A stretch of 62,805 nt of DNA, filler included, from Choristocarpus tenellus KU-1152 (taxonomy: Eukaryota > Protista > Phaeophyceae), in NCBI GenBank assembly GCA_964200185.2. It is 6 parts of 6 records of this genome, joined end to end, with 100 filler letters (N's around TTAATTAATTAA, not from the genome) between each part and the next. Parts side by side here need not be neighbours in the genome. Positions count along the whole stretch, not along the records: positions 19,323 to 40,006 come from CAXNAD020000382.1; positions 40,107 to 45,826 come from CAXNAD020009916.1; positions 45,927 to 49,806 come from CAXNAD020017408.1; 3 more parts are not named here. One strand, written 5' to 3'. The position numbers and the translations under genes are program-made. Shown in pieces: positions 36,701-48,095 of this stretch. Below the pieces are notes generated by a model that had not been told where the DNA came from, made no database searches, and saw nothing but the letters and a program-made list of their open reading frames with translations. Position 1 is the first letter of the stretch; the number at the start of each line of letters is the position of its first letter.

Positions 36701-39156
36701 CTTTTTTTCCCCTATAAATTCTGTTCTAGTTAGAACAGGCATCAGCTGAGATGTCATACCCCACCTGTCTTGTAGAAGTCTTCATCACAGCACTCTTCCC
36801 CTGTCGTGTTGCATCAATGTCCTGGGCACCTCCATCCTCTTCCTCCTCTGGATCCACTTCAGGATCCAAGATCTGCACCCAAGTGTTAGAACAAGATTAC
36901 ACAATAAAAAATAAGTCTTTCGATACAGCTTCCTCACACACCAAACAAACCATGTTCATTTTTTTTACAGGTATTTTTTCTACCCTCCACCTTCAACAGA
37001 ACAAAACCAAACCAATATTGCCAACATGCATCAGAAATACCTCAATGAAAAGTTGGACTAACACCTATGCAGCAGAAATTGCTCAATGACAAGCTGAACA
37101 CACATCCGTGCAATCAACTTACAGTGACTATAACTTGGTTACAACTTGATTACCAACATGATTACAACATGATTACCAACTTGATTACCAACATGATTAC
37201 CAACTTGATTACCAACATGATTACCAACTTGATTACAACATGATTACCAACATGATTACCAACTTGATTACAACATGATTACCAACATGATTACCAACTT
37301 GATTACAACTTGATTACCAATTTGATTACAACTTGATTACAACATGATTACCAACTTGATTACAACATGATTACCAACTTGATTACAACTTGATTACCAA
37401 CGTGATTACCAACTTGATTACAACATGATTACAACATGATTACCAACTTGATTACAACATGATTACCAACTTGATTACAACTTGATTACAACTTGATTAC
37501 AACTTGATTACCAACTTGATTACCAACTTGATTACAACATGATTACCGTACCTCCACCACATTCCCAACGAGCCAAGGCAGCTGCTTATTGAGCTTGATC
37601 TTTTCCTTGTTCTCCTTGATCTTCTCACGCTGCAAATTATAAACGCATTCAAGGATCGCCAGAGCGCTTAGAATTCAAAATTCAAATTCAAATTCAAACG
37701 CCCCATTCACAGGAACGACTCCAATATAAACACCACTGCATTGCCAAACCAAGGACACAACTTGACAGACCATACCCAGAAGATGAATATCATCAGGACA
37801 CAACAGAAAATAAAAATAAATAACAAACGCCTTCACACAATACTTGTCTACTCCTCATAGGGATCATCTTTTACATATCATCAGGACAGTATGATACAAA
37901 AATGCCTGACAATGTCCACTGTGGGTGCCTAGCAGCCACACACATGGACCTGTTCACACAGTTAGTACTACCTGGGAAGCATCTGGCACAAAGTAGTTGT
38001 TGCAAGTCTAACCAACAGAATATGCCATGCATGCCTTCTTAAGCACTCAAGACACATTCCGCAACCACAGACACATTGAAAAATTAGTCATATCGAAGAG
38101 AGCATTGGTTAGACATCGGCACACCATAGACCTTTCCCAAGGGATGAGAAAAGTTTTTTTTTTTAAATCAAAAAGGAAAACCTCTAACCTTGGGAACCAA
38201 TTGTTCACTCATTATTGCACGATATGCAAAAGTCAGAAAACACTACAACGGCCAAACCAAACCGCAAACTCCAGAGTACTAGCATGTCAAGCATTGTGTC
38301 ATTACTCCAGAGGCAATGGAACTGTAACTGAAAAATTCACTTCTTGACAAGGAGTTCAACATGGTAGCTCGATATTTTTGTAATCCCTTAAACACAACAA
38401 CTTCTTTCCCCAAGTGCACAACAAGGCTTCAAAAATTATCATCAAAACTGCACCAACGTAATATTAAATAAAAATATATTGACTTATTTTAGGTCACTCC
38501 CCCTTGCTCAACATTAATTCATGCAAGCAGGGGTCTTCCCAAGAAACATATCATTCCATTCCACACTAGTACCTTGTCTCCTTCCTGGATTTTACAGTGG
38601 TCATTCACCAGAGCAACACACTAGATTACTTTTACAATTTCACCTCACGTAATACCTTGGGATTTCCAAAGTATCTATTGTAAATATCATGCTGGGAAAT
38701 GGATGGCATCGATGACCTTGATGACCTAGATTGGAAGGAGATCTACCAGGCTAAGATGCTATGTGCTCAAAGCTTGCAATTCAATAGGTCAAGGTTGAAA
38801 AGGCGAGGGAATTTCCTGAAGCAGCTTCTTTTCTTTCATTTATCAGTTTTTCTCCTGTGTATCTTTTTGCCGGGGAAAAAATATCCAAAATATTTTGAAG
38901 AGATTGGATACCATCAAGAGACAGCTTGAGATAACCACACCAATTGCCTGACATTTAAGCCAAGACTTGGTCAACTTTACAATTAACCTTTGCGTCTGTT
39001 GCAACTGTGTATATACAGGGGAAAGCCTCCACATGTAGTTCAATTAATATGCACCTGTGTGTTGCTCTCGTGCCTGATGCGGTCGACATCACTGCCCATA
39101 ATGCGCACCTCATTGTCCAGCAATCGCATACGTTGTCGCAACTCCTCTGAGCTCAT
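30770..39156 (-). CDS. PSMC3: 26S proteasome AAA-ATPase RPT5 (subunit 6A), probably 5'-partial; exons 39055-39156, 37552-37629, 36765-36872, 35962-36139, 35141-35346, 34210-34287, 33851-33997, 32973-33123, 32164-32276, 30770-30847
   Basis: [28 protein letters not shown], Walker [32 protein letters not shown], Walker [36 protein letters not shown], and C-terminal HbYX motif LDYYA. All splice phases are consistent. Confidence 0.97.
32820..32975. repeat. ~59-bp degenerate triplication at an RPT5 splice donor
   Basis: The unit aaggtaag..tattgactgctatcaagggtattggaaaag (minus strand) is repeated ~2.6 times from the exon end at 32973. Confidence 0.75.
37131..37547. repeat. 11/12-bp minisatellite AAC(T/A)TGATTAC(C), ~36 copies
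   Basis: Starts 4-5 nt after the RPT5 donor at 37551 (minus strand). Confidence 0.95.
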
Positions 39157-40006
39157 CTACGAAGAAACCGGATACACGAGTCCCATTCCCAGGGGATTAT
39201 AGTGCAGGTCACTTGGTTTTAGTCATGGCAGGGAAAGTGTGGAACATGGATAGTACTGTGTAGGGGCATGGGATCGCGTGAAATGTTTCAGATCAAAAAT
39301 ATTCGTCCATGCACCATCCTGTGCAAAACTTGGAGAAAGGCGAGATCTGGAGACTCCCTGATAGTAGGGTGGGGGGTTGGGTGATGTGTGCTATATTGGT
39401 AGACTGGACAATGAGAGGCACAATCCCCTCTCATTGACTCTCATTTTTGCACAACTCTGGGACACCAGGAAATACCACCCCAAAACGGCAAACACCGAGG
39501 ACATTTGAAGATAGTTGCCTCATTGGATCGCACATACCAGGCAATTTGGCATACAAATGGGGTGGACTTGGACCTGGATCTTCTCGGTGGTCTGGTCACA
39601 CTCATCTGCACAAACGTCTACAAGGAAGATGTCGAGATTCCAATTGCCCGTCACAAGCTCGATATGACGCCTTTTCGTTGCTGGGATTGAGCATGGAAAC
39701 GCCAAGTCGGTGCTGTGGGGAAAATGACCAAGGATACCGGCTTCGCATCTACATAATCAATCCAAGCAACAAGACAAAGTCACATAGACCTCTGACACAT
39801 GACTGGAATGTCGACCTCATCCATATTGACCTTGTTCCTTGAGGATGCCCAGGGATGTCATTCACCTGCACATCACTCGGTAAGGCAGAAGCATTTTCTA
39901 ATTCACATGCTATACCTTCATTATCTCTTCGGCAAATTCATCATTCTCATCCCCCCAGATATCCTTGGACTCAAGGTCCACCGTTCCAGGGTCCCCCCCA
40001 GCAGGA

Positions 40007-40106
40007 NNNNNNNNNNNNNNNNNNNNNNNNNNNNNNNNNNNNNNNNNNNNTTAATTAATTAANNNNNNNNNNNNNNNNNNNNNNNNNNNNNNNNNNNNNN
40101 NNNNNN
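40007..40106. other. Artificial contig-join spacer
   Basis: N44-TTAATTAATTAA-N44. Confidence 0.97.
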
Positions 40107-43100
40107 GCGGATGGGAATTTCCGTAGTACACGACTTCTTTGCCTATTGTCACGGCAAGTCCTTGTCTGACGGAGTCGGGGCTGTGGTGAAGTCTGCTGCC
40201 AGGACACTGGAACTAGACAGGGTGCGCATGCCAGGAACCTCATCCCTAGTGGAGAAAATCAAGGCAGCCAAAACTCAATACACCTTGAGGGATCCGACAC
40301 TATCGAGGAAGAGTGATGCTACCACTAAGGTCATAAGGTTCCTCCCGGACAGACAATCGTGACAAAGGTAGGCACACTCCACATGATGATCCCCCCCGCT
40401 CACAAAGATCGACCTCTGTTTGCCACTGGCAACAGCCCCAACCCGTACGCCCCTTGCCCACCTATACACCAAACGCTCAATATATACCGTTCAGAATTGT
40501 GTCACATCCATGACTCCCTTCACGTCGACACGACTCACAGATTCAGAATCACACATACGCACTTCTCAATCGACCGCACAGTCTGTGCACACTTACAACC
40601 ATTGCCGCCTACTTTTGATAGGTCTACCAACAGGCAAACTCGCGCAAAACTCGAAGTTGTTATTTTCTTTCCGTCATCAACGTCTGCCATGTACCTAACC
40701 CTAACCCTACAGGAATAAGTAGCGCATATACCACAAGCATGCCCCCCCCACTCACAATAATCGGCCTCTGTTTGCCACTGGCAACAACCCTAGTTCATAC
40801 GCACCTTGTCCACCAATGCACTAATCATGCCATAGAAATCGTTGAAAATTGTGCCACATCCGTACCTTCCCTTCACATCGACACCACATGCGACATGCTA
40901 ATCGCACATACGCACTTCTCCATCGACCGCACACCGTCCGTGCACACTTGCAACCTCCGCCTTCTATTTTGCATAAGCCTGCCAACCGACAAAATAACCC
41001 AAACCTCTAATTTATCCTTTTCTTCTGCCACAATAACGTCTGTCGTTTACCAAACAATTGTTACAGGAACAGGTAGCACACATACGACGTGCATGGTCCC
41101 CCCCACTCACAATAATCGGCTTCTATTTGCCACTGGCGACAGACTCACCCCTCCCGCCCCTTGCTAATCCATACACTAAACACACAATAGATATCATTGA
41201 CCCATTATGTCACATCCGTTCCTACCCTTCTTACCGACACCACACGCAACGTGCTAATAACATATCGCACTTCTCAATCGACCACACACCATCCGTACAC
41301 ACTTGCAATCATCGCCCTCTACTTTGAAAAAGTCTGCCAATCGGTAAACTCGCGCAAAACTCCAAGTTTTTGCTTCCTTTCCCGTATCAATATCGGCCAT
41401 ATACCCATTGCTTGTTGCAGGAATAGATATCACATGCACTAAATGCATGATTCCCCCCACTCACAATAATCGGCCCCTGTTTGCCACTGGCGACAGACTG
41501 CCCCCTTCCGCCCCTTGCTAACCCATACATTAAACACGCAATAGATATCGTTAACCCATTATGTCTGATCCGTGCCTTCCCTTCACATCAACACCACGCA
41601 CGACATGATAATCGTACATACGACGCACTTCTCAATCGACCACAGACCGTCCGTGCACACTTACAATCATCTCGCCCTCTATATTTCAGAAGTCTGCGAA
41701 CCATCAAACTAACCCAAAACTCTAAGTTAATGTTTTCCTCCCCATATTAACATCTATCATTTACCAAAAACTTGTTACAGGAATAGGTAGCACATATCAT
41801 CCCAAAGAATATGCTATCACATCAAATCGGTCAAAGGACGCTGCCAAAGTACCAACACTGACTCCAACATGCACCACCCCTCCCCTTCTTACGCACAATC
41901 ACCACAACCCTTAGGATTGGACGGATAGGGACGACAGACAGCACAGTAACACATCAACGAAACTTCTATACATCGACACATTCCAAACACAAGAGATAGT
42001 CCACCATCCGTCTTACAAGATCAACCGCGTGGGACGATACGACCCATGTGTTCCAAACCTCAGTGGCATCAAATCCATGCACAGGTTCTTCACTGGTCGG
42101 CTCACCACCGGAGACTCCTGTACATTGATATACATCGAACTGTCGTGCTACTGCACGAACTGTTCCATCGGCAACCTGGCCCAATGCAGGTGGCAACTAA
42201 CCCATTGCCCCCGCTTAAGGAGAAAGACCTCGGATTTCCACGGAAGCAGGAGCGGGCGATATGTATCCGAGAAGCCAGCTGTCGAGGAAGAAGAGACAGC
42301 TCGCTGAGGGGAACATATGCATTGTGCGGACACAGCCATCGGAGTACCATGGTATAGAGTTCTTGCTGTTTACTATCCACCACAAGGACACAATTCAATG
42401 GGACGCCAGACACTCCAGCTACGGAGGGATGTTCAGTGCTGGAGATGAGATCGTCTTTGCCACTGAAGACTTCGAGGTGCTGAGTGCTAGCTTTGCTGTT
42501 GGAGTGCCAATTATTCGCATGTCACGGGTGGACAAGGTGAGAAACGTTTCTTATTGTTTCTAACAGAACAATGCTCCACACGAATGAATCCACGCTGTCT
42601 GTATACAGATGTTGCATATCCCCTGATATCCCCTCGTACCCAAATATAATCCTCCCATAACGTCCAACCTGACATCCAAACCAGTGTCATTTTTTTTCCT
42701 ACTCTACAACCGCAATCGTCAACTTTCACAGAATATTTTACAACTTCCGTAGGGCAAATAAGCATATCCCATTCCTTCATTTCGCTGTCTAAGTGTATCC
42801 TCTACCCTACCTAAAACTCTCCATTCCTCAAAACCAAAACAAATAACACCCCCATACAACCAAACAAGGCCATCACGCGCAAACACATACCAATAGTCCA
42901 ACACACCAACACAGCCCCTGCAACGAACATCTTTGTGGCGATACAGGACCCGGTTCCAGGTCTCCGCATCGTGCCCCTTCAGGCTATCGTCATCCCATAT
43001 GACACAGACATCCACCACAACCACCTGGACAACGCATTCACGATCCTGCCTGGTCAATCAATACCAGAGGTTTACCTCAGAATCCAACCGGCAATCCCTC

Positions 43101-43192
43101 GGTGGGATACCTGCTCGCTTCTCATGGCAACTCAGACTTGGGGACACATCCGACGCCAGGTTTTGCGTGCATGTGTCGGATTTAGTATGTGA
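40107..43192 (+). mobile_element. Intron-containing DNA transposase, Sola2-like, C-terminal part (segments ~40108-40330, ~41993-42536, 42947-43192); probable frameshift near 42300
   Basis: FFAYCHGKSLSDGVGAVVKSAAR resembles the HGK-x3-DG-x-G-x3-K third-Asp motif I associate with Sola2-type transposases. It is followed by LSGIKSMH..ELSCYCTNC..C (Cys/His cluster). A phase-0 GT-AG intron 42537-42946 joins DK to DPVPG. The superfamily call is from memory. Confidence 0.65.
40361..41800. repeat. Four diverged ~353-bp tandem units inside the transposase gene
   Basis: Anchor TTTGCCACTGGC at ~40419, 40771, 41126 and 41479; shared blocks cccactcacaataatcggc and cgcacttctcaatcgacc; a partial fifth unit starts at ~41777. 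Confidence 0.9.
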
Positions 43193-43563
43193 GCAGACGC
43201 GGTTGTCGCTGTGGGAGTTAGGGTTGAAGTTGTTGGCATGAAGGAAGGGAAAAGGGTAAGGTTTTGTTTTCGGGTTGGTATATTATATCTCTCATGTACT
43301 GTGTGGACGGAATCTGGAGGTGTATATGAATTATGGTTATTGGTCAAGGTCTATTGTCGTATTTTTCTCTGAAAGTATTTCAATGTACACTTCCAGAGGT
43401 CCTGGGTTGGTACTGTGCTTAGGAGTATCGTGCGTGGACTTTGGTATATGATCCTCCAAGATTCAAAGGAGGACGAGATCGGTTCTAGTGTGTCGACACT
43501 TGGATAAAGCATTAGATGGTGCATAGAGTATTGAGAAGAAGGGGGGAGGTGCGTTATAGTGTT

Positions 43564-43821
43564 GAGTGAAATTATCTTGGAGCGTATAAGTTTTGCCATG
43601 TTTGTCCATTTGGGGCTTGGCTTCTCTCAGGGTTTTTATGACATTTTCCTAATACAAAATATTCGGAGCAAGTAAAATGTATATGTTATGAAAAGGTGTG
43701 TCCGGAACGAGGATATTGACACTTTCCTAACAAACACGATAGCCAAAATTACATCAAAATCGCAACATTGGATTTTGGTCCCCAAATGGACGCGGCTCTA
43801 CCCTCTAAGATACTTTGGCTC
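43564..43821. mobile_element. MITE family A-like segment, or the right terminus of the Sola-like element
   Basis: Aligns over its length with 44539-44800 and, inverted, with 62368-62624. The right TIR (TACCCTCTAAGATACTTTGGCTC) is intact, the left TIR is degenerate, and there is no exact TSD. Confidence 0.8.
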
Positions 43822-43835
43822 GTTCAAGGAATAAA

Positions 43836-44017
43836 GGGTCAAAGTATCTGAGGGGAGGGTTTCGGCGTCCGTTTGTTACCCTTTCTCCGATTTTCACTTT
43901 TTTGGTGTGATTTGGTCCCACGTGTCGGATTTGAAAAAATAAAAAAAAAAAAGAGTTGTTTGACCGAAACGGACGCCCCCTCACAAACCACCCTCCCCCC
44001 CCCAGATACTTTGAGTC
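43836..44017. mobile_element. MITE family B copy (182 bp) with TAAA TSD
   Basis: GGGTCAAAGTATCTGAGGGG...CCCCCAGATACTTTGAGTC; TAAA at 43832-43835 and 44018-44021. Confidence 0.9.
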
Positions 44018-44393
44018 TAAATAGCGGATTTGAGAAGGACAGGGTATCCATCACAGACCCTGGCGAATTGTTTGGAGAAGTTAGCTGAGAAGATGGAGAA
44101 GAGTCGTTTGATTGATGTATTATATTTTAGTTGTCTAAGCCTTGTAGCAGACACGCTCTTCTTTTAAACAAATAATATCACAGGTCTAATCCTCAACGTG
44201 AGCATGGTATATGATACGCTGACGACTATGACTGGTAGAAATGTATCCAATACCACTGTCTAAATGCATAACTCATGGAATGGAAAGTGCATGAACATGA
44301 TAGTCGGACAACAAGGCAAGGTACACTGATGCATCAATCAGTGTACCTGTAACTCTACTCGTACTTCAACAAAAAACTGAAACCACTGAAGCC

Positions 44394-45826
44394 CTATTTT
44401 AATTGGTGGGCGGACTCAAAATTGCATTCATCACCCTTCTCCCACCACTCCGTGAGCTTAGGATATGCCTCGACAAGAAGGTGCCATAGATTTAGGCGTG
44501 TGGAGTACCTGGTGCTCCAAGGTTCAGACTTCACGAGGGAGTGAAAAGTATTTTAGAGGGTATGAATTTTGTCCTGGTTTTTGTCCATGTGGGGCTTGGC
44601 TCCCCATGGGTTTTTATTGACATTTTATCTACTGCAAAATGTTTCGGAACAGATAAAATGTATACGCTATGAAAAGGAGTTTCCAGACAAGGATATTGAC
44701 ATCTCCTAACAAATATGATAGTCGAAATTACATCAAAATTGCAACTTTGAATTGTGGTCCCCAAATGGACGCGGCTGTACCCTCTAAGATAATTTGGCTC
44801 GAGGCGCAAGAAGATAGCCTTCCTCGCCTGGAGTGCTTCCACATGCTCAGGACGCAACGTGTTGCCTGGCTTCCCTCCACGATCGCCGAGTTTAACCTGT
44901 GTGGGCTCGTGGACGTAGCATTCATCACCGAAAACAAGAGAAACGGCCCCTTTACCGGTCTTGATGATCCTGAACCCATGGTCGTATATGACTTGGGTGA
45001 GGATTTGAGTCTGCACTCAATACTGTGAAGAAGCAGGTTTCGTTGCCAATCGTAGGAGCTCGGTAATGCATGCCTCCATGAAGGCTTCAGTGATCCTCAC
45101 ATCGGATGCATCACCGGAGTCGGCCGCGTCCTGTGTGACGCAATCCTCATCACCATGAGATGACCTTTCGCCATCATCGCCGTACCTCGAGGTAGATAAA
45201 CACGGATTTACCACGCATCTGCCCATTTTGGTAGAAGCGAAGACGTCTGCGAAGAAGCCAGGTTCTAAAGCGCTGCCATCAGGACCACAAGGCTGTTTGA
45301 AGGGTCTCATCTGTCCAGCAAATTTCTCACCCTCTTCTTCCTAATTAGCGTCCTTTTCCCCCTTCCTTTGCCCTTCTCGGAAGGCTTGTTCCTCGGGGTT
45401 GGGGTGGGATCGGCATGGACGTGGTTCTCACTTCGCCTCACGGTATGGTCATAGGTGTTCCTTGGCATTTGTGACTCGTCGCCACCACTGCCCACCGAAT
45501 GGGCGTTTGGGGACATTCCGGCGTCACTCCCGACAGGTGTGGACTCTGAGTCCGTGCCTGAACGCCCAACCACGTCCTCCTGTACAAGTTCCTCTGGACC
45601 TGATAAAGCGTCACAATCGGGTTGGTCCCCATTCCTTCAGAGTCTTTTCTCAACCTGTTCTTCCGAATTATCGTCCTTTTCCTCTTTCCGTTACCTTTCA
45701 CGAAAGGCTTGTTCCTCGGTGTTGTGGTTGGATGAACATGGGTGTGGTTCTCACTTTGCCCCACAGTATCATGGTAGGTGTTCCCTGGCACCTTGGACTC
45801 GTCGCCCCTGCTGCCCACCGAATCGG
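44394..45826 (-). pseudogene. Decayed ORF of unknown function, interrupted by a MITE, a premature stop and a probable frameshift
   Basis: ORFs 45017..45310 and 44531..45016 are in one frame separated by a single TGA. Removing the MITE restores the frame to a stop at 44394. A ~323-bp-spaced internal duplication lies in 45330-45826. Confidence 0.5.
44539..44800. mobile_element. MITE family A copy (262 bp) with GAGG TSD
   Basis: GAGTGAAAAGTATTTTAGAGGGTA...TACCCTCTAAGATAATTTGGCTC; GAGG at 44535-44538 and 44801-44804. Confidence 0.92.
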
Positions 45827-45926
45827 NNNNNNNNNNNNNNNNNNNNNNNNNNNNNNNNNNNNNNNNNNNNTTAATTAATTAANNNNNNNNNNNNNNNNNN
45901 NNNNNNNNNNNNNNNNNNNNNNNNNN
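45827..45926. other. Artificial contig-join spacer
   Basis: N44-TTAATTAATTAA-N44. Confidence 0.97.
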
Positions 45927-45947
45927 CCCCCCCAGATACTTTGACCC
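45927..45947. mobile_element. MITE family B TIR at the contig start
   Basis: CCCCCCCAGATACTTTGACCC is identical to the end of the 11437-11655 copy. Confidence 0.8.
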
Positions 45948-47887
45948 CATAGGTAAGGAGGGCACACAAGATGACTAGAGAGGATAACACTTTTGGTCTC
46001 TCGAGTTTGACATAGACATCTAACAGAATAATCTGCAGATAAAGTATATTTATGTAAGGACTTTCATACTAGACATGGTACCACATCCACCCCTAGAAAA
46101 CACTAACTCACCATTGAGAGGAATGGATACGAGGCGTCTGAACTGCACTTACCATATCAATACTCATTTTTCTGAGCGGTATTCTTACGTCGGACTACTG
46201 TAGGCACTTAGCCTCGAGGCTATAACAGGACAGGGTGGTTTACAATAGTACCGTGTCGAGTACACTGGGGGGGATCCCTTGTCTTCGGGAGATCCCGATT
46301 TCTTCGGGAGCCCCCATTGTCCTTAGGAAACACTTTTTTTACACTCTCGAAGTTATTTTTGGTTAGGGTCAGGGTTAGGGTTAAGTTAGTGTTAGATTCT
46401 CCAAAGGGAGTAAGAAAAGTGTTCCGCAAGGACGGCGGGATCTCCCGAAGACAGGGGATCTCCCCTGTGCGCAGACCCGTGTACGGGCAGATCATTACCT
46501 CACTCACCACAGTATCAACAGCAGCAGTAGGTGTACGATGACTGCCACAAGCATGGCATACCCTATCCACCTCAGGTTCTGCACCCCTCTCGTGCTCAGG
46601 GTAATCTCGCGGACGGAAGTGACCGGCACATCCATGCCCTTTGCCTGCATGTGCTTGTTTGACTTATTCTCGGTACGTTTGTTTTGACCGCAGGTCCCAC
46701 ACACATTGAGTTCCGCCCCAAGCTTACTCACGTTAGGAGCTCCGCATCTAATGCAGATATCCCTCAAACCTGGCCATGGTGCATGAGTGTTCCAGACCTC
46801 AATTCTGGGTAGATTTGACGTCTCCACGCTCTCTGTTACAATGAAGTCGCCATTCGGGTCAAATTCTTCATCATGGATTCTCCTTCCCATGACTACTCTA
46901 TGAACTGTTTACCCTTGTCAGACTTATAGGACCCGAATAAGCCGAAGTCTCCTAGCCAATTCTCGGTTGTGTGCGAGGTGTGGCCTCTCAGTTCTTTGTT
47001 CAATTTTTCTTAGGTACAGATGTTACGATATTTTGATTGTTGATTCTCGGCGAAACCGACTTTCAACATGATATTGTGAAGGGTGGGACCAATCACAATC
47101 AGCGAGATGTGAGGATATTCTACAATAGTATCAAACCTCCTAAACATGACATTATTCATTTCCAACTTCTTATCTACTCTCACAGACTTTGGTCAACCTT
47201 GAAAAGGGTTCATGATGAAGTACCTTGGTGCTGGGTTGCTCTTTTCCACTCTTTTAGTCCAAGGAGATGCGTTTGCTCTGAGCTCTAGAATGCCTTTATG
47301 GAGGCATACTCCAGGACAAAGGGGTGGCGGCGTGCGTATGTCTGGTGAGAGGAGTTGTTGTGGGCGAGGGATGACGTGATTGACATTATTCCAAATTTAG
47401 GATTCATGATGCAAACCTCACAGTGGCATTTGGAGTATGTAGCTTGCTGGGGATTCGTGTAACATAGTTCTCGGTTTGTATCACACCTGTAGCTGGTCAG
47501 CAGGCAACACCGTTTTTTATATTGTAGGGATTGGGGTCGACAAGATGGACTGAAACACAGGTTGGGCTATATTGCGACGGCGTCCTCTCTTGCGGTAGAA
47601 GTTACGATCGCACACTTGTTAATGCCACGAGTTGCTGCAGGTTCGCGTTCGCAACTCCAGGAATTGTGTATCTCCCCCCCTCCTTTTCCTATCAACCTGT
47701 TTCTTTGGAACCATATGAATTGTTTGAAATATGTATAGATCCGTCTTTGCGGGCAAGCCTGACACGTTGTACATGTCTGCAAAAGGAATGGCTTGATTAT
47801 GAATGAGAATCGCAATTTCTGGACGTTAGTAAAATGCAAACCCTGCAGACGGCAGGATTATGCAACCTCAATACCTGTCGGTTGCAG

Positions 47888-48095
47888 CCAAGATATAAGG
47901 GAAGAGACGAGAATGAGAGAAAAGAATTTGTGGAGAAGATTGATAAATTAAACCCTTCAGATTTAGTCTTTTGTGACGAGATGGGGGTTGATAATAATAT
48001 ATGTATTCTTCATGGTTGGTCTGAGATTGGTAAACGTTCTTATGGAGAAGTTGATGGATTTCGCAGCGAAAGAAGAAGCATTGTTGCTGGCCATG
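47888..48095 (+). mobile_element. IS630/Tc1-mariner-family transposase fragment
   Basis: YKGRDENERKEFVEKIDKLNPSDLVFCDEMGVDNN..HGWSEIGKRSYGEVDGFRSERRSIVAG carries the first catalytic Asp motif (LVFxDE.G), the GWS..G.R motif and the upstream Y.ERD...R..F linker typical of prokaryote-type IS630. Confidence 0.8.

Noticed and set aside
44669-45028. 119-aa plus-strand ORF and similar peptide in 62233..62508
   Set aside because: The shared peptide similarity comes from MITE family A DNA, not a conserved protein.
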